DNA from: Candidatus Cloacimonadota bacterium
Lineage (GTDB): Bacteria > Cloacimonadota > Cloacimonadia > Cloacimonadales > TCS61
Direction: 5' to 3'
NCBI GenBank assembly: GCA_030620155.1
Contig: JAUXFF010000002.1
Location: forward strand, 1 to 53,530
DNA length: 53,530 nucleotides
Below, in pieces: positions 36,553 through 44,770 of this stretch. The position numbers and the translations under genes were made by a program. Numbering within the stretch: the stretch's first letter is position 1; each line of letters begins with the position of its first letter. Below the pieces are notes generated by a model. The model had not been told where the DNA came from and ran no database searches. It was given only the letters and a program-made list of their open reading frames with translations.

Positions 36553-36882
36553 TTAAAGTTCGTCAATTTGACCTAATATCTCATCAATTTTCGTTGATGC
36601 TTTCTCCGTATTTGTTTCATACTCTTCTATCTGATTACGAAGACTTCCATTTTCTGTTCTTAATAATTCAAGTTCTTCCTTTTGCTGGGAAAATTCTTTT
36701 TCAAATTCATCAACTTTCCCACTATCCTGGGAAAGTTTTTCTTTCAACTCAGAATTCTGTTTCTCAAGCTCAGATTTTTCAACTAAAATTTCTTCATATT
36801 TACTTTTCATCTTTGTGTAATTATTTATTAATTTTTGTATTTTTTCATTTAATCCAAAACTCTGTTGTTCACTCATTATCAC
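36553..36882 (-). CDS. coiled-coil protein (ZapB-like?)
   Basis: 109 aa and very E/K/L/Q-rich with a heptad pattern. The gene overlaps the pheT stop by 4 nt, so it is operonic. Confidence 0.5.
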   Translation of the reverse strand: MIMSEQQSFGLNEKIQKLINNYTKMKSKYEEILVEKSELEKQNSELKEKLSQDSGKVDEFEKEFSQQKEELELLRTENGSLRNQIEEYETNTEKASTKIDEILGQIDEL

Positions 36883-39269
36883 CTCATCTCTATTTTAAAC
36901 CTGGATTTCAGTTCCTTTATTACTTTTTGTATTATATTATTTATAAAGTCATCAGTCAAGGTTTTTGTGTTAGAACTGAACATTATACTAAAAGAAAGGC
37001 TTCTATGACCCTCCTTAATATTTTTTCCAGTATATTCATCAAACAAAACAACTTTTCTGATTATTTGTGTATTAATATTGGTAATGGTGTTAATTACCTC
37101 TGAAAGTTTATATTCTTTAGAAACCACAAATGACAAATCACGAAGGACCGGTGGGAACTTCGGTATTTCTTGAAATTTCGGAACTCCCTTTTTATGTAGG
37201 GATAATATATCATCCAACCTGATCTCAAATGTATACAATGACTTTTCCAATTCAAATTTCTGAGCGATTTTTGTATCAATTTTTCCAAGACTTCCTACTT
37301 TTACTTTTTTGAAAAAGACATCCGCTCCTATCCCAGCCTGGTAATAAGGTTCAACTGATTTTCTAAAATCAAATTTCTTCAAACCGAAATCCGCAAGAAG
37401 TTCTTCCACTATCCCTTTTATATCATAAAAATCAACAAGTTTGGGGTCTTCTTTCCAAAAGACAGGATTCATATTCCCTGTAATTAAACCACAAAATTCG
37501 TATTTTTCAGTAGCAAGTTTCTCAGCTTTCCTTGTAAATACTTTCGCTAATTCAAAAATTTTGATATCTTTTTGACCATGATTAATATTGAAAAGTGTGT
37601 TTTTAAGAAGGTGGGGTAGCAACATAGATCTCATAATAGAAAAACTACTTCCCAGAGGATTTTTGATTTTTGCAAAATTTTTTCTCTCATCATCCTCATT
37701 AATTTTTAAAATATCCAAAACCTCAGGATCACCAAAACTCCAATTAATTATTTCGGAAAAACCATGGCTCACCAATAAATCCTTAACTTTTCGTCTGGAG
37801 TAAAAACTATCCCTATCCATTATATTTTGTGGCTTAAAGAAAGTTTCTACATTATTATAGCCATGTAACCTTATAACTTCCTCTATTAGGTCAATTTCTC
37901 GAGTTATGTCTTTTCGATAAGGAGGAATCTCAAAACCTAATAAATCATGTTCGCTTCTTATTAACTTTAATCCCAAAGCTTCCAGATAAGATTTAATTTT
38001 ACTTCCTGTAATATCTATTGTCAGTAATTTTTTTACTCTTGAAGGTCTCAGGTTAACTTCAATTTTCTCTCCTGATTTTGGATAAGAATCCAATTTGCCC
38101 TCTAAAAGAACACCTCCTGCAATTTCCAAAATCAATTGAGCTGCTCGTCGACTTGCAAAATCAGCAGTTTCATCAGCTATATTCCTTTCAAACCTGTAAG
38201 ATGAATCAGTTGAAATATTCAATCGGCTTGCTGTTCTCCTGATAGATGAATAATGGAAATTTGCCGCTTCAATAACTATATCTTTTGTCTCATTTGTAAT
38301 ATGAGAATTCTGTCCTCCGATAATACCTGCAAGAGCGATTGGCTTTTTTGTGTCAGCGATCACCACATCAGAATCTGTAAGTTTATAAACTTCTTCATCC
38401 AAAGCAGGAAACTCTTCACCTTTTTTCGCTCTACGTACAACTATTTTTTCCCCTTCAAGTTTATTATAATCAAACGCATGAAGTGGATGACCAAATTCCA
38501 TCATAACAAAATTTGTTATATCAACAATATTATTTATCGGTCTTAATCCGACAGAAATCAAACGTTTTTTTAACCATTGAGGAGACTCTTTTATCTGAAC
38601 TCCCTTAATAACTCTTGCAGTATAACGAGGGCAAAGTTCAGGTTCCTTATTATCTAAAGCTAAAGTATTCTTAATCTTCTCTTCAACATTTTTCAGGACA
38701 ATTTCAGGTGGTCTTAAAGGTAAATTTAATAAAGCTGATAAATCCCTGGCAATTCCAAATATTCCTAAAAGATCAGGTCTGTTAGGAGTAATCTCAACAT
38801 CAAAAACGGTATCATCCAATTCAAGATAGGAACATATATTTTGTCCTACAGGGGCATTTTCAGGTAAAATCATTATACCATCATGATTTTCAGAAATACC
38901 AAGTTCTTTTTCAGAGCAGATCATCCCAAAAGAGACTTCTCCTCTGATCTTAACTTTTTGTATTTTGAAATCTCCAAGTTTAGACCCAACCGGAGCAAAG
39001 GCAATCTTTTGATTTACTTCACAGTTTGGTGCACCGCAGATAATCTGTTTTAGTCCTACCCCATCATCTATCAGACAAATCGAAAGTTTATCGGCTTGAG
39101 GATGTTTATTGTTTTCTATAATTTTTGCAATTTTTATCTGCTTTAGATCTTCTCCAATATCCAGAACTTCTTCAACCTCAATGCCACCAAAAGTGAGTTT
39201 ATTCTCCAGATTTGAAGGAGTCAAATCCAAATCAATATATTGCTTTAACCAATTATAACTTACTTTCAT
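36879..39269 (-). CDS. pheT: phenylalanine--tRNA ligase beta subunit
   Basis: 796 aa. N-terminal MKVSYNWLK.Y tRNA-binding domain, then B3/4, B5 and FDX-ACB-like segments. Confidence 0.92.
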   Translation of the reverse strand: MKVSYNWLKQYIDLDLTPSNLENKLTFGGIEVEEVLDIGEDLKQIKIAKIIENNKHPQADKLSICLIDDGVGLKQIICGAPNCEVNQKIAFAPVGSKLGDFKIQKVKIRGEVSFGMICSEKELGISENHDGIMILPENAPVGQNICSYLELDDTVFDVEITPNRPDLLGIFGIARDLSALLNLPLRPPEIVLKNVEEKIKNTLALDNKEPELCPRYTARVIKGVQIKESPQWLKKRLISVGLRPINNIVDITNFVMMEFGHPLHAFDYNKLEGEKIVVRRAKKGEEFPALDEEVYKLTDSDVVIADTKKPIALAGIIGGQNSHITNETKDIVIEAANFHYSSIRRTASRLNISTDSSYRFERNIADETADFASRRAAQLILEIAGGVLLEGKLDSYPKSGEKIEVNLRPSRVKKLLTIDITGSKIKSYLEALGLKLIRSEHDLLGFEIPPYRKDITREIDLIEEVIRLHGYNNVETFFKPQNIMDRDSFYSRRKVKDLLVSHGFSEIINWSFGDPEVLDILKINEDDERKNFAKIKNPLGSSFSIMRSMLLPHLLKNTLFNINHGQKDIKIFELAKVFTRKAEKLATEKYEFCGLITGNMNPVFWKEDPKLVDFYDIKGIVEELLADFGLKKFDFRKSVEPYYQAGIGADVFFKKVKVGSLGKIDTKIAQKFELEKSLYTFEIRLDDILSLHKKGVPKFQEIPKFPPVLRDLSFVVSKEYKLSEVINTITNINTQIIRKVVLFDEYTGKNIKEGHRSLSFSIMFSSNTKTLTDDFINNIIQKVIKELKSRFKIEMR

Positions 39270-39348
39270 AATTTCACCAAATCAAATCGGTTTACTATCT
39301 CATAATTGAGTTTAATTCTTTATTAAACTTTTTGAGTTTTTTTTTAAC

Positions 39349-40365
39349 TTAAAACTGCTTTAAGAACCGGATATCATTTTCAAACAACAATCTCATATCC
39401 GGAATTCTGTATTTGAGCATTGCGATCCTGTCTATACCCAACCCGAAAGCATATCCTGTATATTTTTCGGAATCGATACCAAGCATATCAAAAACGTTCG
39501 GATCTACCATTCCTGCACCACCTAATTCCAACCAGCCACTTCCTTTACATAGGTTACATCCTTTTCCCAGGCATTTCAGACAGATGATATCAATTTCAGC
39601 ACTTGGTTCTGTAAATGGAAAGAAATGAGGTCGGAATCTGGACTCGATTTTTTCACCAAACATTTTTTTTACGAATACATTCAGAACATCTCTTAAATCA
39701 GCAAAATTAATGCCTTCATCTACTACAAGCGCTTCCACCTGATGAAACATTGGTGAATGAGAGGCATCACTTTCATTTCTATAACAACTTCCCGGGGAAA
39801 TAATCTTAATCGGTGGCTTGTGTTGATACATAATCCGAATTTGTACAGTTGATGTCTGGGTACGTAAAAGAACATCATCTTCAATATAAAATGTGTCTGA
39901 TAAATTCCTGGCTGGATGATCCGGAGGAGTATTCAAAGCATCAAAATTATGGAACTCATCCTCTATATCGGGTCCTTCTGCAATTTCAAAACCCATCGAA
40001 ATAAAAATATCTTCTAATTCCTGCCACACCTTTGTAATTGGATGTAAAGAGCCCTTTTCTCTCTTGCGACCCGGCATTGTAAAATCAATAGATTCTGCTG
40101 ACTTGCTCTTCTCATAAAGCTGATCCTGAATTTTTTGGTCTCTATCATCCAAAATTTGAGAAATTTTCATTTTTATTTCATTTACAGCTTTTCCAAAAGC
40201 AGGGCGTTCTTCCCTGGGTAAATTTCCTAATTTTTTCATAAAGTTCATAATCTCGCTTTTTTTACCTAGAAAACGAGATTTCAACTGCTGCAATTCGTGA
40301 ATGGAGCCAGCTTTTTGAATTTCATTTTTAGCTGATTCAAGAATTTTGTTTAATTGGGTAATCAC
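39349..40365 (-). CDS. pheS: phenylalanine--tRNA ligase alpha subunit
   Basis: HPARNLSDTFY, LRTQTS and class II motif 3 (GYAFGLGIDRIAML). Confidence 0.92.
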   Translation of the reverse strand: MITQLNKILESAKNEIQKAGSIHELQQLKSRFLGKKSEIMNFMKKLGNLPREERPAFGKAVNEIKMKISQILDDRDQKIQDQLYEKSKSAESIDFTMPGRKREKGSLHPITKVWQELEDIFISMGFEIAEGPDIEDEFHNFDALNTPPDHPARNLSDTFYIEDDVLLRTQTSTVQIRIMYQHKPPIKIISPGSCYRNESDASHSPMFHQVEALVVDEGINFADLRDVLNVFVKKMFGEKIESRFRPHFFPFTEPSAEIDIICLKCLGKGCNLCKGSGWLELGGAGMVDPNVFDMLGIDSEKYTGYAFGLGIDRIAMLKYRIPDMRLLFENDIRFLKQF

Positions 40366-40383
40366 AATAAATCCTTAAATTAT

Positions 40384-40737
40384 TTATATCTGTTTTCTGG
40401 CTAGATCGCAAAGCTTTGCAAATGCTTCCATATCATGAAAAGCTAAATGAGCTAGAATTTTTCTGTCGATATCAACCTCAGCTTTTTTCAATCCATTAAT
40501 CAATCCACTATAGGTTAACTTATGCATCCTTGCTGCAGCATTAATTCTAATAATCCATAATCTTCGGAATTCTCTTTTTTTAGTTCTTCTGTCTCTGTAA
40601 GCATATAACCAACCCTTTTCAACAGCTTGACGAGCAGTACGATATAATTTACTGCGTCCACCCACATATCCTTTTGCAGCTTTTAAATATTTCTTTTTTC
40701 TTTTCTTATGGGCAACATTATTTACTGTACGTGGCAT
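40384..40737 (-). CDS. rplT: 50S ribosomal protein L20
   Basis: MPR....A.KKRKK.LK.AKGY.G.RS...R.A..AV..., 117 aa. Confidence 0.92.
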   Translation of the reverse strand: MPRTVNNVAHKKRKKKYLKAAKGYVGGRSKLYRTARQAVEKGWLYAYRDRRTKKREFRRLWIIRINAAARMHKLTYSGLINGLKKAEVDIDRKILAHLAFHDMEAFAKLCDLARKQI

Positions 40738-40761
40738 TTTTTCTCCCTTAAATTCACTTTA

Positions 40762-40959
40762 TTAAAGACCTAACATTTTTTTCATTCTTGCTGTATCAGC
40801 TCTGCTAACTAAATCGGACTTTCGTAAGTTCCTTTTACGTTTTGATGTTTTCTTTGTTAATTTATGCCCGGCATATGCATGTGATCTATTTAATTTTCCA
40901 CTTGCCGTAACTTTAAATCTTTTTGCTACAGCTCTACGAGTTTTGAGTTTTGGCATCAT
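40762..40959 (-). CDS. rpmI: 50S ribosomal protein L35
   Basis: [23 protein letters not shown]...H.L..K. The start may be the second Met. Confidence 0.9.
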   Translation of the reverse strand: MMPKLKTRRAVAKRFKVTASGKLNRSHAYAGHKLTKKTSKRKRNLRKSDLVSRADTARMKKMLGL

Positions 40960-40981
40960 TCCCCCTAATTAATATTTTCCT

Positions 40982-41572
40982 TTATATATTCTCTTTCTCC
41001 CAGTTCTCAATAATTTTATCTATATCCTTTCTGGGTGAAACAATCATAAAGATAGTTCTCCCTTCACTTTTGGGCTGGGTTTCAACTTCTATAAGTTCAT
41101 TTATATCTTCTACTAATTTATCTAAAAGTTTAAATCCAAGATCTTTATGAGCTAATTGTCTACCTTTAAACCTTACTGTAAGTTTAACTTTATTGTGTTG
41201 TTTCAGGAATTTAATCGTATTATTTTTTTTAAAGTTATAATCATGTTCCTCTGTATTAGGACCAAATTTAATTTCCTTTGTTTGAACAATATGTTGTTTT
41301 TTCCTGGATTCACGCATTTTTCTCTCTTTCTGGTAATGATATTGTCCAAAATTCATAATCTTACAAACTGGTGGTTTCGCATTTGGTGAAATTTCAACTA
41401 AATCTAATCCCGCATTTTCAGCTTCATTCAAAGCCTTCGATAACGGTACGACTCCTATTTGTTCACCTTTCTCAGAAATTAACCTCACCTGTTTGGCTGT
41501 TATCTCCACATTTACTCTTTCCTTTGGTACATTTGGTTTCATTTTGGCTTTACTTCTACTTCTCCAGCCCAA
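40982..41572 (-). CDS. infC: translation initiation factor IF-3
   Basis: INVEITAKQVRLI...GEQIGV......AL..AE.AGLDLVE..P.A.PPVCKIM.FG...Y. The predicted start is TTG, 5 nt after AGGAGG. An in-frame ATG lies 10 codons downstream. Confidence 0.88.
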   Translation of the reverse strand: MGWRSRSKAKMKPNVPKERVNVEITAKQVRLISEKGEQIGVVPLSKALNEAENAGLDLVEISPNAKPPVCKIMNFGQYHYQKERKMRESRKKQHIVQTKEIKFGPNTEEHDYNFKKNNTIKFLKQHNKVKLTVRFKGRQLAHKDLGFKLLDKLVEDINELIEVETQPKSEGRTIFMIVSPRKDIDKIIENWEKENI

Positions 41573-41715
41573 ATAATCCTCCTTTTGTTTTTTAAAAAAA
41601 AATAAAAAAAATACGAAATAAGTGAATTCGCAAAATTTATCCTAAAGATATTTTTACGATTTTATCCGCTTTTTCACATGACAAAAAATCATTTCTTTTG
41701 CAAATAATAGACTTT

Positions 41716-41845
41716 ATAAAAAAAGCGGATGTATATACACCCGCTTTAAAATATTTTTTATTAATAAATTTATCAATATTTAATCTCGACCTAACTAGTA
41801 TTCAATTATAATCATTGAAACTGCAAGGTAGAAGCGGGTTGCTTC
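41716..41845 (-). promoter_or_regulatory. putative transcription-attenuation leader upstream of infC-rpmI-rplT
   Basis: The minus-strand RNA contains hairpin AAAGCGGGUGUAUAUACAUCCGCUUU followed by seven U (41747 down to 41716). An upstream ACCCGCUU (41839-41832) can pair with the terminator's 5' arm, and is itself part of a local GAAGC-AACCC-GCUUC hairpin. Confidence 0.35.
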
Positions 41846-42137
41846 ATTTTCTATATTTCACTTACTAACTGTTGATTAAAAAAAAATGTACAAATATTGA
41901 GTCAAGACTTTTTATTTTTTTAAAGCACATTTTGTGTAAATTTAGTTACAATCGTCCCATTATATTACAAATTGTAAGATAACTGAAATCAAACTACAAA
42001 AATTAATTTCAAAAATCATTTACTTTATTCTTAAAGTATTGATTTTAATTATCAGAAAAAAAACCTTGCCAACAATTGATTTAAATAGTGTTTTTGCATC
42101 AAGTGTATAGAATTAAGTTAAAATTAGGAGAAAAATA

Positions 42138-42422
42138 ATGAAAAGAAATCCAAGAAACTTTGTAATAACCGTTTTTGTAGTAGTCTTTGTTGTAGCTTCT
42201 TTAAGTGTTAGCAGTATGGTTCAGAATGTGAAAGATGGTTCATTTGAAGCATTTACACAGGGATCAATCTGCACTGCACAGGGTGATATCATGCCTGAAT
42301 CATTTGATGATGTCCTGATCGCACCTGCAACTCCTGAAAATGCTGAGTTATATTGTAGTGCACAGGGTCCAATCCCGCCGGTAGGATGGGACGATTCCGA
42401 TGACGAAACAGATGGTAAATAA
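42138..42422 (+). CDS. small secreted/membrane-anchored acidic protein, tandem paralog 1
   Basis: AGGAG RBS. 94 aa. The basic N-terminus plus FVITVFVVVFVVASLSV forms a hydrophobic anchor. The body has two Cys and a DDSDDETDGK tail. Confidence 0.65.
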   Translation: MKRNPRNFVITVFVVVFVVASLSVSSMVQNVKDGSFEAFTQGSICTAQGDIMPESFDDVLIAPATPENAELYCSAQGPIPPVGWDDSDDETDGK

Positions 42423-42451
42423 AAGAAAATTAAAAAAAATAGGAGATTATC

Positions 42452-42736
42452 ATGAAAAAAAATCCAAGAAATTTTGTAGTAACCGTTTTTGTAGTAGTCT
42501 TTGTTGTAGCTGCTTTAAGTGTTAGTAGTATGGTTAAAAATGTAAGAGATGGTTCATTTGAAGCATTTGCTGAGGGATCAATCTGCACTGCTCAGGGTGA
42601 TATCATGCCTGAATCATTTGATGATGTCCTGATCGCACCTGCAACTCCTGAAAATGCTGAGTTATATTGTAGTGCACAGGGTCCAATCCCGCCAGTAGGA
42701 TGGGACGATTCTGATGACGAAACGGATGGTAAATAA
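42452..42736 (+). CDS. small secreted/membrane-anchored acidic protein, tandem paralog 2
   Basis: AGGAG RBS. 94 aa, differing from paralog 1 at only about 9 residues. The nucleotide sequences are also near-identical. Confidence 0.65.
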   Translation: MKKNPRNFVVTVFVVVFVVAALSVSSMVKNVRDGSFEAFAEGSICTAQGDIMPESFDDVLIAPATPENAELYCSAQGPIPPVGWDDSDDETDGK

Positions 42737-42875
42737 TACCATTAACCGGATATATCGATATTAATTAAATTAATTTTATTTTTCAAGTCAATTACAAGAT
42801 AATACTGCTTAAATTATCGGATGTATTGAAAAGCATCTCGGTCAAAATAATATTATAACCTAAGGAGTAAATTGA

Positions 42876-43532
42876 TTGATCAATTTTATAAAACTTTATA
42901 ACACAACAATTTTATATTTATTGAATATAGTTTTTTGGTCACTTATCTACTTTAAATTTCCCTTAAAATCAGTAAATAAATTATCAGTAAGAAATATTAT
43001 TTTCTTTTTTGGGATATTTTTTATATGGAATTGCGCAATGATCATCAGTAAACGATCAAACTTGGTTTATATCATTTTTTGGGTAATCGTAAGCATATAT
43101 GAACTCTTTTTCATATTAAACATTCTTTTTAAATTAGCAAAAGCAAAAAATAAATTCTCTGATATATTTGTGATTATCATATCGATTTTAGCTATCCCAA
43201 TAACTTTAGCAGCTATTTTAACATGGACAAATAGGACATATAGTCCTATCAATACAACTGATTTCTATAATATTATTCTTTTAATGTTAGGTTCAATTTT
43301 AATTATAAGAAATTTATTAGCATATGATAAATTTCTGGATTATATAGAAAGTTTTTTTATTTTTTCAGGTTTTATTTTATATTTCGGATTACATATTCTG
43401 GCAAGTAATGCCTTATCTATCGATTTTTTAAAACATTTTAAATTGGGAACCTATGCGACTTTAATAAGTCTCATTTTCTGGTTAGGGAGTGTATTTTTCA
43501 TATGGAGAATCAGATCCAAACATTTGTTATAG
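42876..43532 (+). CDS. polytopic membrane protein (about 6-7 TM), possible detached sensor module
   Basis: AAGGAG lies 8 nt upstream of a TTG start. The 218-aa product is almost entirely hydrophobic helices. Its 3' end overlaps the kinase gene by 31 nt. Confidence 0.55.
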   Translation: MINFIKLYNTTILYLLNIVFWSLIYFKFPLKSVNKLSVRNIIFFFGIFFIWNCAMIISKRSNLVYIIFWVIVSIYELFFILNILFKLAKAKNKFSDIFVIIISILAIPITLAAILTWTNRTYSPINTTDFYNIILLMLGSILIIRNLLAYDKFLDYIESFFIFSGFILYFGLHILASNALSIDFLKHFKLGTYATLISLIFWLGSVFFIWRIRSKHLL

Positions 43533-44770
43533 CATCGTCTATTTTTCTCGGTTTTTTCATCTTAATAACAGTTTATTTAATCGTTAAATTAAAAATTAAC
43601 GACATCAAACTAAAAAAATCTGAAGAAAAGTTAAAAACTTTTAATGAAACCCTTCAGGATATCGTAACCGAAAGAACAAAAAAATTGCGTGAGTCAGAAA
43701 AAGAGCTACGTTCGCTTTATGAACTTCACAAAGAGGTTTTAGAGAACTCGCCTGCTGGTATAATAAAATTGAATAAAAATCTTATTATAGAGTATGACAA
43801 CCCGGAAATTGATAAAATCCTGGGATTATCTGAAGACATATCATCAAAAATCCAAGGAAAAAACATAAAAGATATTCCCGTATTCAAAGATCCTGAAATC
43901 GAAACTTTTTTTGATGATTTACTGGATGGATATGAAGTTTCGCGAGAGGTTATCCTTTCAAATAATAATTATAAATCATATGTTGTTTTAAACGGAGTAC
44001 CAATATTTGAGGATGATAAATTTATTGGTGCTGTTTTACTGATTAATGATATAACAGAATTAAAAAATGCAGAAGATCAGATTAGAGCATCATTAAGAGA
44101 AAAGGAAGTACTTTTAAAAGAATTACACCATCGAGTAAAAAACAACATGCAAATTATTTCCAGTATGCTTAAACTTCAATTAGAATATATAAAAGATAAA
44201 AGAGCTTTAGAATTGGCAAAAAATAGTCATAACCGGGTACAAACAATGGCTCTGGTTCACGACAAGTTATACCATTCTGATAATCTCGCCCGAATAAATT
44301 TCAATGATTATATTAAAAGCCTATCTGTTTATTTATTAGGTTATTACGGAATAAACTCAAAACGAGTAAAATTAATAATTAAAATCAGTAAAACATCTAT
44401 GGATATCAATACAGCTATCCCCTGCGGTTTAATTGTGAACGAATTGCTTTCAAACGCATTGAAACACGCTTTTCCTGATGATAGAAAAGGAGAAATTGCT
44501 ATCAGTTTCGAAGTTAATAAAAATAAAACTTATAATTTAAAAATAAGTGATAATGGAATAGGATTCCCAGATAATATAAACATCAAAAACGCAAATACTC
44601 TGGGATTAATATTAATAAAAGCTTTAGTACAACAACTTCATGGAGAAGTAGTTTTACATAAAAATAATAAAACTACTTTCGATATTACTTTTGGTGATGT
44701 CTTTTTAAGTACATATCGTGAATTCCCGAATAAGGATTTACCTGAAATCGAATTAAACAATACTAAATGA
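43502..44770 (+). CDS. sensor histidine kinase (TM + coiled coil + PAS + HisKA_2 + HATPase_c)
   Basis: HHRVKNNMQIISSMLKLQ (HisKA_2 H-box), NELLSNALKHAF (N-box), DNGIGFP (G1) and GLILIKALV (G2). A PAS-like LENSPAGIIKL... segment is present. Confidence 0.85.
   Translation: MENQIQTFVIASSIFLGFFILITVYLIVKLKINDIKLKKSEEKLKTFNETLQDIVTERTKKLRESEKELRSLYELHKEVLENSPAGIIKLNKNLIIEYDNPEIDKILGLSEDISSKIQGKNIKDIPVFKDPEIETFFDDLLDGYEVSREVILSNNNYKSYVVLNGVPIFEDDKFIGAVLLINDITELKNAEDQIRASLREKEVLLKELHHRVKNNMQIISSMLKLQLEYIKDKRALELAKNSHNRVQTMALVHDKLYHSDNLARINFNDYIKSLSVYLLGYYGINSKRVKLIIKISKTSMDINTAIPCGLIVNELLSNALKHAFPDDRKGEIAISFEVNKNKTYNLKISDNGIGFPDNINIKNANTLGLILIKALVQQLHGEVVLHKNNKTTFDITFGDVFLSTYREFPNKDLPEIELNNTK

Noticed and set aside
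36453-37103. 216-aa plus-strand ORF antisense to zapA, the coiled-coil gene and the end of pheT.
   Set aside because: It is antisense to three well-supported minus-strand genes. The product is F/L/H/S-rich and has no RBS or motifs. This is typical of an antisense frame opposite AT-rich, K/E-rich coding DNA.
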